Made by a program: the position numbers and the translations under genes. A stretch of 64,000 nt of DNA from Nemertoderma westbladi (Eukaryota; Animalia; Xenacoelomorpha): the NCBI GenBank assembly GCA_032718475.1, contig JAUCBJ010007243.1, positions 62,001 to 126,000 of the forward strand, given 5' to 3'. Under the pieces are notes generated by a model. It was not told the DNA's origin. It saw only the letters and a program-made list of their open reading frames with translations, and made no database searches. How positions within the stretch are numbered: position 1 is the stretch's first letter; every line of letters begins with the position of its first letter. This document shows, piece after piece, positions 49,601 through 61,600 of the stretch.

Positions 49601-52600
49601 GACAGTCCAGGTATGTTGTATTGTTCAGTCCAGGTATGTTCTATTGGACAGTCCAGGTATGTTGTATTGTACAGTCCAGGTATGTTGTATTGGTCAGTCC
49701 AGGTATGTTGTATTGTTCAGTCCAGGTATGTTCTATTGGACAGTCCAGGTATGTCCTATTGGACAGTCCAGGTATGTTCTATTGGACAGTCCAAGTATGT
49801 TGTATTGTTCAGTCCAGGTATGTTCTATTGGACAGTCCAGGTATGTTCTATTGGACAGTCCAGGTATGTTCTATTGGACAGTCCAGGTATGTTGTATTGG
49901 ACAGTCCAGGTATGTCCTATTGGACAGTCCAGGTATGTTCTATTGGACAGTCCAAGTATGTTGTATTGTTCAGTCCAGGTATGTTCTATTGGACAGTCCA
50001 GGTATGTTGTATTGTTCAGTCCAGGTATGTTGTATTGGACAGTCCAGGTATGTCCTATTGGACAGTCCAGGTATGTTCTATTGGACAGTCCAGGTATGTT
50101 GTATTGTTCAGTCCAGGTATGTTCTATTGGACAGTCCAGGTATGTTCTATTAGACAGTCCAGGTATGTTGTATTGTTCAGTCCAGGTATGTTCTATTGGA
50201 CAGTCCAGGTATGTTGTATTGTTCAGTCCAGGTATGTTGTATTGGACAGTCCAGGTATGTCCTATTGGACAGTCCAGGTATGTTCTATTGGACAGTCCAA
50301 GTATGTTGTATTGTTCAGTCCAGGTATGTTCTATTGGACAGTCCAGGTATGTTCTATTGGACAGTCCAGGTATGTTGTATTGTTCAGTCCAGGTATGTTG
50401 TATTGTTCAGTCCAGGTATGTTCTATTGGACAGTCCAGGTATGTTCTATTGGACAGTCCAGGTATGTTGTATTGGACAGTCCAGGTATGTTGTATTGTTC
50501 AGTCCAGGTATGTTCTATTGGACAGTCCAGGTATGTTGTATTGGACAGTCCAGGTATGTTCTATTGGACAGTCCAGGTATGTTGTATTGGACAGTCCAGG
50601 TATGTTGTATTGTTCAGTCCAGGTATGTTCTATTGGACAGTCCAGGTATGTTGTATTGGACAGTCCAGGTATGTTCTATTGGACAGTCCAGGTATGTTCT
50701 ATTGGACAGTCCAGGTATGTTGTATTGGACAGTCCAGGTATGTTGTATTGTTCAGTCCAGGTATGTTCTATTGGACAGTCCAGGTATGTTGTATTGGACA
50801 GTCCAGGTATGTTGTATTGGACAGTCCAGGTATGTTGTATTGGACAGTCCAGGTATGTTCTATTGGACAGTCCAGTCAGGTATGTCTATTGGACAGTCCA
50901 GGTATGTTGTATTGGACAGTCCAGGTAGGTTGTATTGTTCAGTCCAGGTATGTTGTATTGTTCAGTCCAGGTATGTTCTATTGGACAGTCCAGGTATGTT
51001 GTATTGGACAGTCCAGGTATGTCCTATTGGACAGTCCAGGTATGTTCTATTGGACAGTCCAGGTATGTTGTATTGGACAGTCCAGGTATGTTCTATTGGA
51101 CAGTCCAGGTATGTTGTATTGTTCAGTCCAGGTATGTTCTATTGGACAGTCCAGGTATGTTGTATTGGACAGTCCAGGTATGTTCTATTGGACAGTCCAG
51201 TTCAGGTATGTCCTATTGGACAGTCCAGGTATGTTGTATTGGACAGTCCAGGTAGGTTGTATTGTTCAGTCCAGGTATGTTGTATTGTTCAGTCCAGGTA
51301 TGTTCTATTGGACAGTCCAGGTATGTTGTATTGGACAGTCCAGGTATGTCCTATTGGACAGTCCAGGTATGTTCTATTGGACAGTCCAGGTATGTTGTAT
51401 TGGACAGTCCAGGTATGTTCTATTGGACAGTCCAGGTATGTTGTATTGGACAGTCCAGGTATGTTGTATTGTTCAGTCCAGGTATGTTCTATTGGACAGT
51501 CCAGGTATGTTCTATTGGACAGTCCAGGTATGTTGTATTGGACAGTCCAGGTATGTTCTATTGGACAGTCCAGGTATGTTGTATTGGACAGTCCAGGTAT
51601 GTTCTATTGGACAGTCCAGGTATGTTCTATTGGACAGTCCAGGTATGTTCTATTGGACAGTCCAGGTATGTTGTATTGGACAGTCCAGGTATGTTCTATT
51701 GGACAGTCCAGTTCAGGTATGTCCTATTGGACAGTCCAGGTATGTTGTATTGTTCAGTCCAGGTATGTTCTATTGTTCAGTCCAGGTATGTTCTATTGGA
51801 CAGTCCAGGTATGTTCTATTGGACAGTCCAGGTATGTTATATTGTTCAGTCCAGGTATGTTCTATTGGACAGTCCAGGTATGTTGTATTGGACAGTCCAG
51901 GTATGTTCTATTGGACAGTCCAGTTCAGGTATGTCCTATTGGACAGTCCAGGTATGTTGTATTGGACAGTCCAGGTAGGTTGTATTGTTCAGTCCAGGTA
52001 TGTTCTATTGGACAGTCCAGGTATGTTGTATTGGACAGTCCAGGTAGGTTGTATTGTTCAGTCCAGGTATGTTGTATTGGACAATCCAGGTATGTTCTAT
52101 TGGACAGTCCAGGTATGTTGTATTGGACAGTCCAGGTAGGTTGTATTGTTCAGTCCAGGTATGTTGTATTGTTCAATCCAGGTATGTTCTATTGGACAGT
52201 CCAGGTAGGTTGTATTGTTCAGTCCAGGTATGTTGTATTGTTCAGTCCAGGTATGTTCTATTGGACAGTCCAGGTATGTTGTATTGGACAGTCCAGGTAT
52301 GTTCTATTGGACAGTCCAGGTATGTTGTATTGGACAGTCCAGGTATGTCCTATTGGACAGTCCAGGTATGTTGTATTGGACAGTCCAGGTATGTCCTATT
52401 GGACAGTCCAGGTATGTTGTATTGTTCAGTCCAGGTATGTTCTATTGGACAGTCCAAGTATGTTGTATTGTTCAGTCCAGGTATGTTGTATTGGACAGTC
52501 CAGGTATGTCCTATTGGACAGTCCAGGTATGTTCTATTGGACAGTCCAGGTATGTTCTATTGTTCAGTCCAGGTATGTTCTATTGGACAGTCCAGGTATG

Positions 52601-55600
52601 TTGTATTGGACAGTCCAAGTATGTTGTATTGTTCAGTCCAGGTATGTTGTATTGGACAGTCCAGGTATGTCCTATTGGACAGTCCAGGTATGTTCTATTG
52701 GACAGTCCAGGTATGTTCTATTGTTCAGTCCAGGTATGTTCTATTGTTCAGTCCAGGTATGTTGTATTGGACAGTCCAGGTATGTCCTATTGGACAGTCC
52801 AGGTATGTCCTATTGGACAGTCCAGGTATGTTATATTGGACAGTCCAGGTATGTTGTATTGTTCAATCCAGGTATGTTGTATTGGACAGTCCAGGTATGT
52901 TCTATTGGACAGTCCAGGTATGTTATATTGGACAGTCCAGGTATGTTCTATTGGACAGTCCAGGTATGTTGTATTGTTCAGTCCAGGTATGTTGTATTGT
53001 TCAGTCCAGGTATGTTGTATTGGACAGTCCAGGTATGTTGTATTGTTCAATCCAGGTATGTTCTATTGGACAGTCCAGGTATGTTGTATTGGACAGTCCA
53101 GGTATGTTGTATTGTTCAGTCCAGGTATGTTATATTGGACAGTCCAGGTATGTTGTATTGGACAGTCCAGGTATGTTGTATTGTTCAGTCCAGGTATGTT
53201 CTATTGGACAGTCCAGGTATGTTGTATTGGACAGTCCAGGTATGTTCTATTGGACAGTCCAGGTATGTTCTATTGGACAGTCCAGGTATGTTATATTGGA
53301 CAGTCCAGGTATGTTCTATTGGACAGTCCAGGTATGTTATATTGGACAGTCCAGGTATGTTCTATTGGACAGTCCAGGTATGTTGTATTGTTCAGTCCAG
53401 GTATGTTGTATTGTTCAGTCCAGGTATGTTGTATTGTTCAGTCCAGGTATGTTGTATTGTTCAGTCCAGGTATGTTCTATTGGACAGTCCAGGTATGTTC
53501 TATTGGACAGTCCAGGTATGTTATATTGGACAGTCCAGGTATGTTCTATTGGACAGTCCAGGTATGTTGTATTGTTCAGTCCAGGTATGTTGTATTGTTC
53601 AGTCCAGGTATGTTCTATTGGACAGTCCAGGTATGTTGTATTGGACAATCCAGGTATGTTGTATTGGACAGTCCAGGTATGTTCTATTGGACAGTCCAGG
53701 TATGTTGTATTGTTCAGTCCAGGTATGTTGTATTGGACAGTCCAGGTAGGTTGTATTGTTCAGTCCAGGTATGTTGTATTGTTCAATCCAGGTATGTTCT
53801 ATTGGACAGTCCAGGTATGTTGTATTGGACAGTCCAGGTATGTTGTATTGGACAGTCCAGGTATGTTCTATTGGACAGTCCAGGTATGTTATATTGTTCA
53901 GTCCAGGTATGTTGTATTGGACAGTCCAGGTATGTTGTATTGGACAGTCCAGGTATGTTGTATTGGACAGTCCAGGTATGTTGTATTGGACAGTCCAGGT
54001 ATGTTCTATTGGACAGTCCAGGTATGTTGTATTGTTCAGTCCAGGTATGTTCTATTGGACAGTCCAGGTATGTTATATTGTTCAGTCCAGGTATGTTGTA
54101 TTGTTCAATCCAGGTATGTTCTATTGGACAGTCCAGGTATGTTGTATTGTTCAGTCCAGGTATGTTATATTGTTCAGTCCAGGTATGTTGTATTGTTCAA
54201 TCCAGGTATGTTCTATTGGACAGTCCAGGTATGTTGTATTGTTCAGTCCAGGTATGTTATATTGTTCAGTCCAGGTATGTTCTATTGGACAGTCCAGGTA
54301 TGTTGTATTGGACAGTCCAGGTATGTTGTATTGGACAGTCCAGGTATGTTGTATTGGACAGTCCAGGTATGTTCTATTGGACAGTCCAGGTATGTTGTAT
54401 TGTTCAGTCCAGGTATGTTATATTGTTCAGTCCAGGTATGTTGTATTGTTCAATCCAGGTATGTTCTATTGGACAGTCCAGGTATGTTGTATTGTTCAGT
54501 CCAGGTATGTTGTATTGTTCAATCCAGGTATGTTCTATTGGACAGTCCAGGTATGTTGTATTGTTCAGTCCAGGTATGTTGTATTGGACAGTCCAGGTAT
54601 GTTGTATTGTTCAGTCCAGGTATGTTGTATTGTTCAGTCCAGGTATGTTCTATTGGACAGTCCAGGTATGTTGTATTGTTCAGTCCAGGTATGTTGTATT
54701 GGACAGTCCAGGTATGTTGTATTGTTCAGTCCAGGTATGTTGTATTGTTCAGTCCAGGTATGTTGTATTGTTCAATCCAGGTATGTTCTATTGGACAGTC
54801 CAGGTATGTTCTATTGGACAGTCCAGGTATGTTGTATTGGACAGTCCAGGTATGTTGTATTGTTCAGTCCAGGTATGTTCTATTGGACAGTCCAGGTATG
54901 TTGTATTGGACAGTCCATGTATGTTGTATTGTTCAATCCAGGTATGTTCTATTGGACAGTCCAGGTATGTTGTATTGTTCAGTCCAGGTATGTTCTATTG
55001 GACAGTCCAGGTATGTTGTATTGGACAGTCCATGTATGTTGTATTGTTCAGTCCAGGTATGTTCTATTGGACAGTCCAGGTATGTTGTATTGGACAGTCC
55101 AGGTATGTTCTATTGGACAGTCCAGGTATGTTCTATTGGACAGTCCAGGTATGTTGTATTGTTCAGTCCAGGTATGTTCTATTGGACAGTCCAGGTATGT
55201 TCTATTGGACAGTCCAGGTATGTTCTATTGGACAGTCCAGGTAGGTTGTATTGGACAGTCCAGGTATGTTATATTGTTCAGTCCAGGTATGTTGTATTGT
55301 TCAGTCCAGGTATGTTGTATTGTTCAGTCCAGGTATGTTCTATTGGACAGTCCAGGTATGTTGTATTGGACAGTCCATGTATGTTGTATTGTTCAGTCCA
55401 GGTATGTTCTATTGGACAGTCCAGGTATGTTGTATTGTTCAGTCCAGGTATGTTCTATTGGACAGTCCAGGTATGTTGTATTGTTCAATCCAGGTATGTT
55501 CTATTGGACAGTCCAGGTATGTTGTATTGTTCAGTCCAGGTATGTTCTATTGGACAGTCCAGGTATGTTGTATTGTTCAGTCCAGGTATGTTCTATTGGA

Positions 55601-58600
55601 CAGTCCAGGTATGTTGTATTGGACAGTCCATGTATGTTGTATTGTTCAATCCAGGTATGTTCTATTGGACAGTCCAGGTATGTTGTATTGTTCAGTCCAG
55701 GTATGTTCTATTGGACAGTCCAGGTATGTTGTATTGGACAGTCCATGTATGTTGTATTGGACAATCCAGGTATGTTGTATTGTTCAGGCCAGGTATGTTG
55801 TATTGTTCAATCCAGGTATGTTCTATTGGACAGTCCAGGTATGTTGTATTGGACAGTCCAGGTATGTTCTATTGGACAGTCCAGGTATGTTGTATTGGAC
55901 AGTCCATGTATGTTGTATTGTTCAGGCCAGGTATGTTGTATTGTTCAATCCAGGTATGTTCTATTGGACAGTCCAGGTATGTTGTATTGGACAGTCCAGG
56001 TATGTTCTATTGGACAGTCCAGGTATGTTGTATTGGACAGTCCATGTATGTTGTATTGTTCAATCCAGGTATGTTCTATTGGACAGTCCAGGTATGTTGT
56101 ATTGTTCAGTCCAGGTATGTTCTATTGGACAGTCCAGGTATGTTGTATTGGACAGTCCAGGTATGTTGTATTGTTCAATCCAGGTATGTTCTATTGGACA
56201 GTCCAGGTATGTTGTATTGTTCAGTCCAGGTATGTTCTATTGGACAGTCCAGGTATGTTGTATTGGACAGTCCATGTATGTTGTATTGTTCAATCCAGGT
56301 ATGTTCTATTGGACAGTCCAGGTATGTTGTATTGGACAGTCCAGGTATGTTCTATTGGACAGTCCAGGTATGTTGTATTGGACAGTCCATGTATGTTGTA
56401 TTGGACAGTCCAGGTATGTTGTATTGGACAGTCCAGGTATGTTGTATTGTTCAATCCAGGTATGTTCTATTGGACAGTCCAGGTATGTTGTATTGGACAG
56501 TCCATGTATGTTGTATTGGACAGTCCAGGTATGTTGTATTGGACAGTCCATGTATGTTCTATTGGACAGTCCAGGTATGTTGTATTGGACAGTCCATGTA
56601 TGTTGTATTGGACAGTCCAGGTATGTTGTATTGGACAGTCCATGTATGTTCTATTGGACAGTCCAGGTATGTTGTATTGGACAATCCATGTATGTTGTAT
56701 TGGACAGTCCAGGTATGTTGTATTGGACAGTCCATGTATGTTGTATTGGACAGTCCAGGTATGTTGTATTGGACAGTCCAGGTATGTTGTATTGTTCAAT
56801 CCAGGTATGTTCTATTGGACAGTCCAGGTATGTTGTATTGGACAGTCCAGGTATGTTGTATTGTTCAATCCAGGTATGTTCTATTGGACAGTCCAGGTAT
56901 GTTGTATTGGACAGTCCAGGTATGTTCTATTGGACAGTCCAGGTATGTTGTATTGGACAGTCCAGGTATGTTGTATTGTTCAATCCAGGTATGTTCTATT
57001 GGACAGTCCAGGTATGTTGTATTGGACAGTCCATGTATGTTGTATTGGACAGTCCAGGTATGTTGTATTGGACAGTCCATGTATGTTCTATTGGACAGTC
57101 CAGGTATGTTGTATTGGACAGTCCATGTATGTTGTATTGGACAGTCCAGGTATGTTGTATTGGACAGTCCATGTATGTTCTATTGGACAGTCCAGGTATG
57201 TTGTATTGGACAGTCCATGTATGTTGTATTGGACAGTCCAGGTATGTTGTATTGGACAGTCCATGTATGTTGTATTGGACAGTCCAGGTATGTTGTATTG
57301 GACAGTCCAGGTATGTTGTATTGTTCAATCCAGGTATGTTCTATTGGACAGTCCAGGTATGTTGTATTGGACAGTCCAGGTATGTTGTATTGTTCAATCC
57401 AGGTATGTTCTATTGTTCAGTCCAGGTATGTTCTATTGGACAGTCCAGGTATGTTGTATTGGACAGTCCATGTATGTTGTATTGTTCAATCCAGGTATGT
57501 TCTATTGGACAGTCCAGGTATGTTGTATTGGACAGTCCAGGTATGTTCTATTGTTCAGTCCAGGTATGTTCTATTGGACAGTCCAGGTATGTTGTATTGG
57601 ACAGTCCAGGTATGTTCTATTGTTCAGTCCAGGTATGTTCTATTGGACAGTCCAGGTATGTTGTATTGGACAGTCCAGGTATGTTCTATTGTTCAGTCCA
57701 GGTATGTTCTATTGGACAGTCCAGGTATGTTGTATTGGACAGTCCATGTATGTTGTATTGTTCAATCCAGGTATGTTCTATTGGACAGTCCAGGTATGTT
57801 GTATTGGACAGTCCAGGTATGTTCTATTGTTCAGTCCAGGTATGTTCTATTGGACAGTCCAGGTATGTTGTATTGGACAGTCCAGGTATGTTCTATTGGA
57901 CAGTCCAGGTATGTTGTATTGTTCAGTCCAGGTATGTTGTATTGGACAGTCCAGGTATGTTCTATTAGACAGTCCAGGTATGTTCTATTGTTCAGTCCAG
58001 GTATGTTCTATTGGACAGTCCAGGTATGTTGTATTGGACAGTCCATGTATGTTGTATTGTTCAATCCAGGTATGTTCTATTGGACAGTCCAGGTATGTTG
58101 TATTGGACAGTCCAGGTATGTTCTATTGTTCAGTCCAGGTATGTTCTATTGGACAGTCCAGGTATGTTGTATTGGACAGTCCAGGTATGTTCTATTGGAC
58201 AGTCCAGGTATGTTGTATTGGACAGTCCAGGTATGTTGTATTGGACAGTCCAGGTATGTTGTATTGGACAGTCCAGGTATGTTCTATTGGACAGTCCAGG
58301 TATGTTGTATTGGACAGTCCAGGTATGTTCTATTAGACAGTCCAGGTATGTTCTATTGTTCAGTCCAGGTATGTTCTATTGGACAGTCCAGGTATGTTGT
58401 ATTGGACAGTCCATGTATGTTGTATTGTTCAATCCAGGTATGTTCTATTGGACAGTCCAGGTATGTTGTATTGGACAGTCCAGGTATGTTCTATTGTTCA
58501 GTCCAGGTATGTTCTATTGGACAGTCCAGGTATGTTGTATTGGACAGTCCAGGTATGTTCTATTGGACAGTCCAGGTATGTTGTATTGTTCAGTCCAGGT

Positions 58601-61600
58601 ATGTTGTATTGGACAGTCCAGGTATGTTCTATTAGACAGTCCAGGTATGTTCTATTGTTCAGTCCAGGTATGTTCTATTGGACAGTCCAGGTATGTTGTA
58701 TTGGACAGTCCATGTATGTTGTATTGTTCAATCCAGGTATGTTCTATTGGACAGTCCAGGTATGTTGTATTGGACAGTCCAGGTATGTTCTATTGTTCAG
58801 TCCAGGTATGTTCTATTGGACAGTCCAAGTATGTTGTATTGTTCAATCCAGGTATGTTCTATTGGACAGTCCAGGTATGTTGTATTGTTCAGTCCAGGTA
58901 TGTTGTATTGTTCAGTCCAGGTATGTTCTATTGGACAGTCCAGGTATGTTGTATTGTTCAATCCAGGTATGTTCTATTGTTCAGTCCAGGTATGTTCTAT
59001 TGGACAGTCCAAGTATGTTGTATTGTTCAATCCAGGTATGTTCTATTGGACAGTCCAGGTATGTTGTATTGTTCAGTCCAGGTATGTTGTATTGTTCAAT
59101 CCAGGTATGTTCTATTGGACAGTCCAGGTATGTTGTATTGTTCAGTCCAGGTATGTTGTATTGTTCAGTCCAGGTATGTTCTATTGGACAGTCCAGGTAT
59201 GTTGTATTGGACAGTCCATGTATGTTGTATTGTTCAATCCAGGTATGTTCTATTGGACAGTCCAGGTATGTTGTATTGGACAGTCCAAGTATGTTGTATT
59301 GTTCAATCCAGGTATGTTCTATTGGACAGTCCAAGTATGTTGTATTGTTCAATCCAGGTATGTTCTATTGGACAGTCCAGGTATGTTGTATTGTTCAATC
59401 CAGGTATGTTCTATTGGACAGTCCAGGTATGTTGTATTGTTCAGTCCAGGTATGTTCTATTGGACAGTCCAGGTATGTTGTATTGGACAGTCCATGTATG
59501 TTGTATTGTTCAATCCAGGTATGTTCTATTGGACAGTCCAGGTATGTTGTATTGTTCAGTCCAGGTATGTTCTATTGGACAGTCCAGGTATGTTGTATTG
59601 GACAGTCCATGTATGTTGTATTGTTCAATCCAGGTATGTTCTATTGGACAGTCCAGGTATGTTGTATTGGACAGTCCAGGTATGTTGTATTGGACAGTCC
59701 AGGTATGTTCTATTGGACAGTCCAAGTATGTTGTATTGTTCAATCCAGGTATGTTCTATTGGACAGTCCAGGTATGTTGTATTGTTCAGTCCAGGTATGT
59801 TGTATTGGACAGTCCAGGTATGTTGTATTGTTCAGTCCAGGTATGTTGTATTGGACAATCCAGGTATGTTGTATTGTTCAGTCCAGGTATGTTGTATTGG
59901 ACAGTCCATGTATGTTGTATTGTTCAATCCAGGTATGTTCTATTGGACAGTCCAAGTATGTTGTATTGTTCAATCCAGGTATGTTCTATTGGACAGTCCA
60001 GGTATGTTGTATTGTTCAATCCAGGTATGTTCTATTGGACAGTCCAAGTATGTTGTATTGTTCAATCCAGGTATGTTCTATTGGACAGTCCAGGTATGTT
60101 GTATTGTTCAATCCAGGTATGTTCTATTGGACAGTCCAGGTATGTTGTATTGTTCAGTCCAGGTATGTTGTATTGGACAGTCCATGTATGTTGTATTGTT
60201 CAATCCAGGTATGTTCTATTGGACAGTCCAAGTATGTTGTATTGTTCAATCCAGGTATGTTCTATTGGACAGTCCAGGTATGTTGTATTGTTCAATCCAG
60301 GTATGTTCTATTGGACAGTCCAGGTATGTTGTATTGTTCAGTCCAGGTATGTTCTATTGGACAGTCCAGGTATGTTGTATTGGACAGTCCAGGTATGTTG
60401 TATTGTTCAATCCAGGTATGTTCTATTGGACAGTCCAGGTATGTTGTATTGTTCAGTCCAGGTATGTTCTATTGGACAGTCCAGGTATGTTGTATTGGAC
60501 AGTCCATGTATGTTGTATTGTTCAATCCAGGTATGTTCTATTGGACAGTCCAGGTATGTTGTATTGTTCAGTCCAGGTATGTTCTATTGGACAGTCCAGG
60601 TATGTTGTATTGGACAGTCCATGTATGTTGTATTGTTCAATCCAGGTATGTTCTATTGGACAGTCCAGGTATGTTGTATTGGACAGTCCAGGTATGTTCT
60701 ATTGGACAGTCCAGGTATGTTGTATTGGACAGTCCATGTATGTTGTATTGTTCAATCCAGGTATGTTCTATTGGACAGTCCAGGTATGTTGTATTGTTCA
60801 GTCCAGGTATGTTCTATTGGACAGTCCAGGTATGTTGTATTGGACAGTCCAGGTATGTTGTATTGGACAATCCAGGTATGTTCTATTGGACAGTCCATGT
60901 ATGTTGTATTGTTCAATCCAGGTATGTTCTATTGGACAGTCCAGGTATGTTGTATTGGACAGTCCAGGTATGTTCTATTGGACAGTCCAGGTATGTTGTA
61001 TTGGACAGTCCATGTATGTTGTATTGTTCAATCCAGGTATGTTCTATTGGACAGTCCAGGTATGTTGTATTGTTCAGTCCAGGTATGTTCTATTGGACAG
61101 TCCAGGTATGTTGTATTGGACAGTCCAGGTATGTTGTATTGGACAATCCAGGTATGTTCTATTGGACAGTCCATGTATGTTGTATTGTTCAATCCAGGTA
61201 TGTTCTATTGGACAGTCCAGGTATGTTGTATTGGACAGTCCAGGTATGTTCTATTGGACAGTCCAGGTATGTTGTATTGGACAGTCCATGTATGTTGTAT
61301 TGTTCAATCCAGGTATGTTCTATTGGACAGTCCAGGTATGTTGTATTGTTCAGTCCAGGTATGTTCTATTGGACAGTCCAGGTATGTTGTATTGTTCAAT
61401 CCAGGTATGTTCTATTGGACAGTCCAGGTATGTTGTATTGGACAGTCCAGGTATGTTCTATTGGACAGTCCAGGTATGTTGTATTGGACAGTCCATGTAT
61501 GTTGTATTGTTCAATCCAGGTATGTTCTATTGGACAGTCCAGGTATGTTGTATTGGACAGTCCATGTATGTTGTATTGTTCAATCCAGGTATGTTCTATT

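Noticed and set aside
40564-59743. Giant ORFs (up to 4365 aa) and their short minus-strand counterparts
   Set aside because: They are translations of a 23-bp repeat lacking + strand stops. All three frames give the same 23-aa period, and the real exon ends at the 40641 donor.
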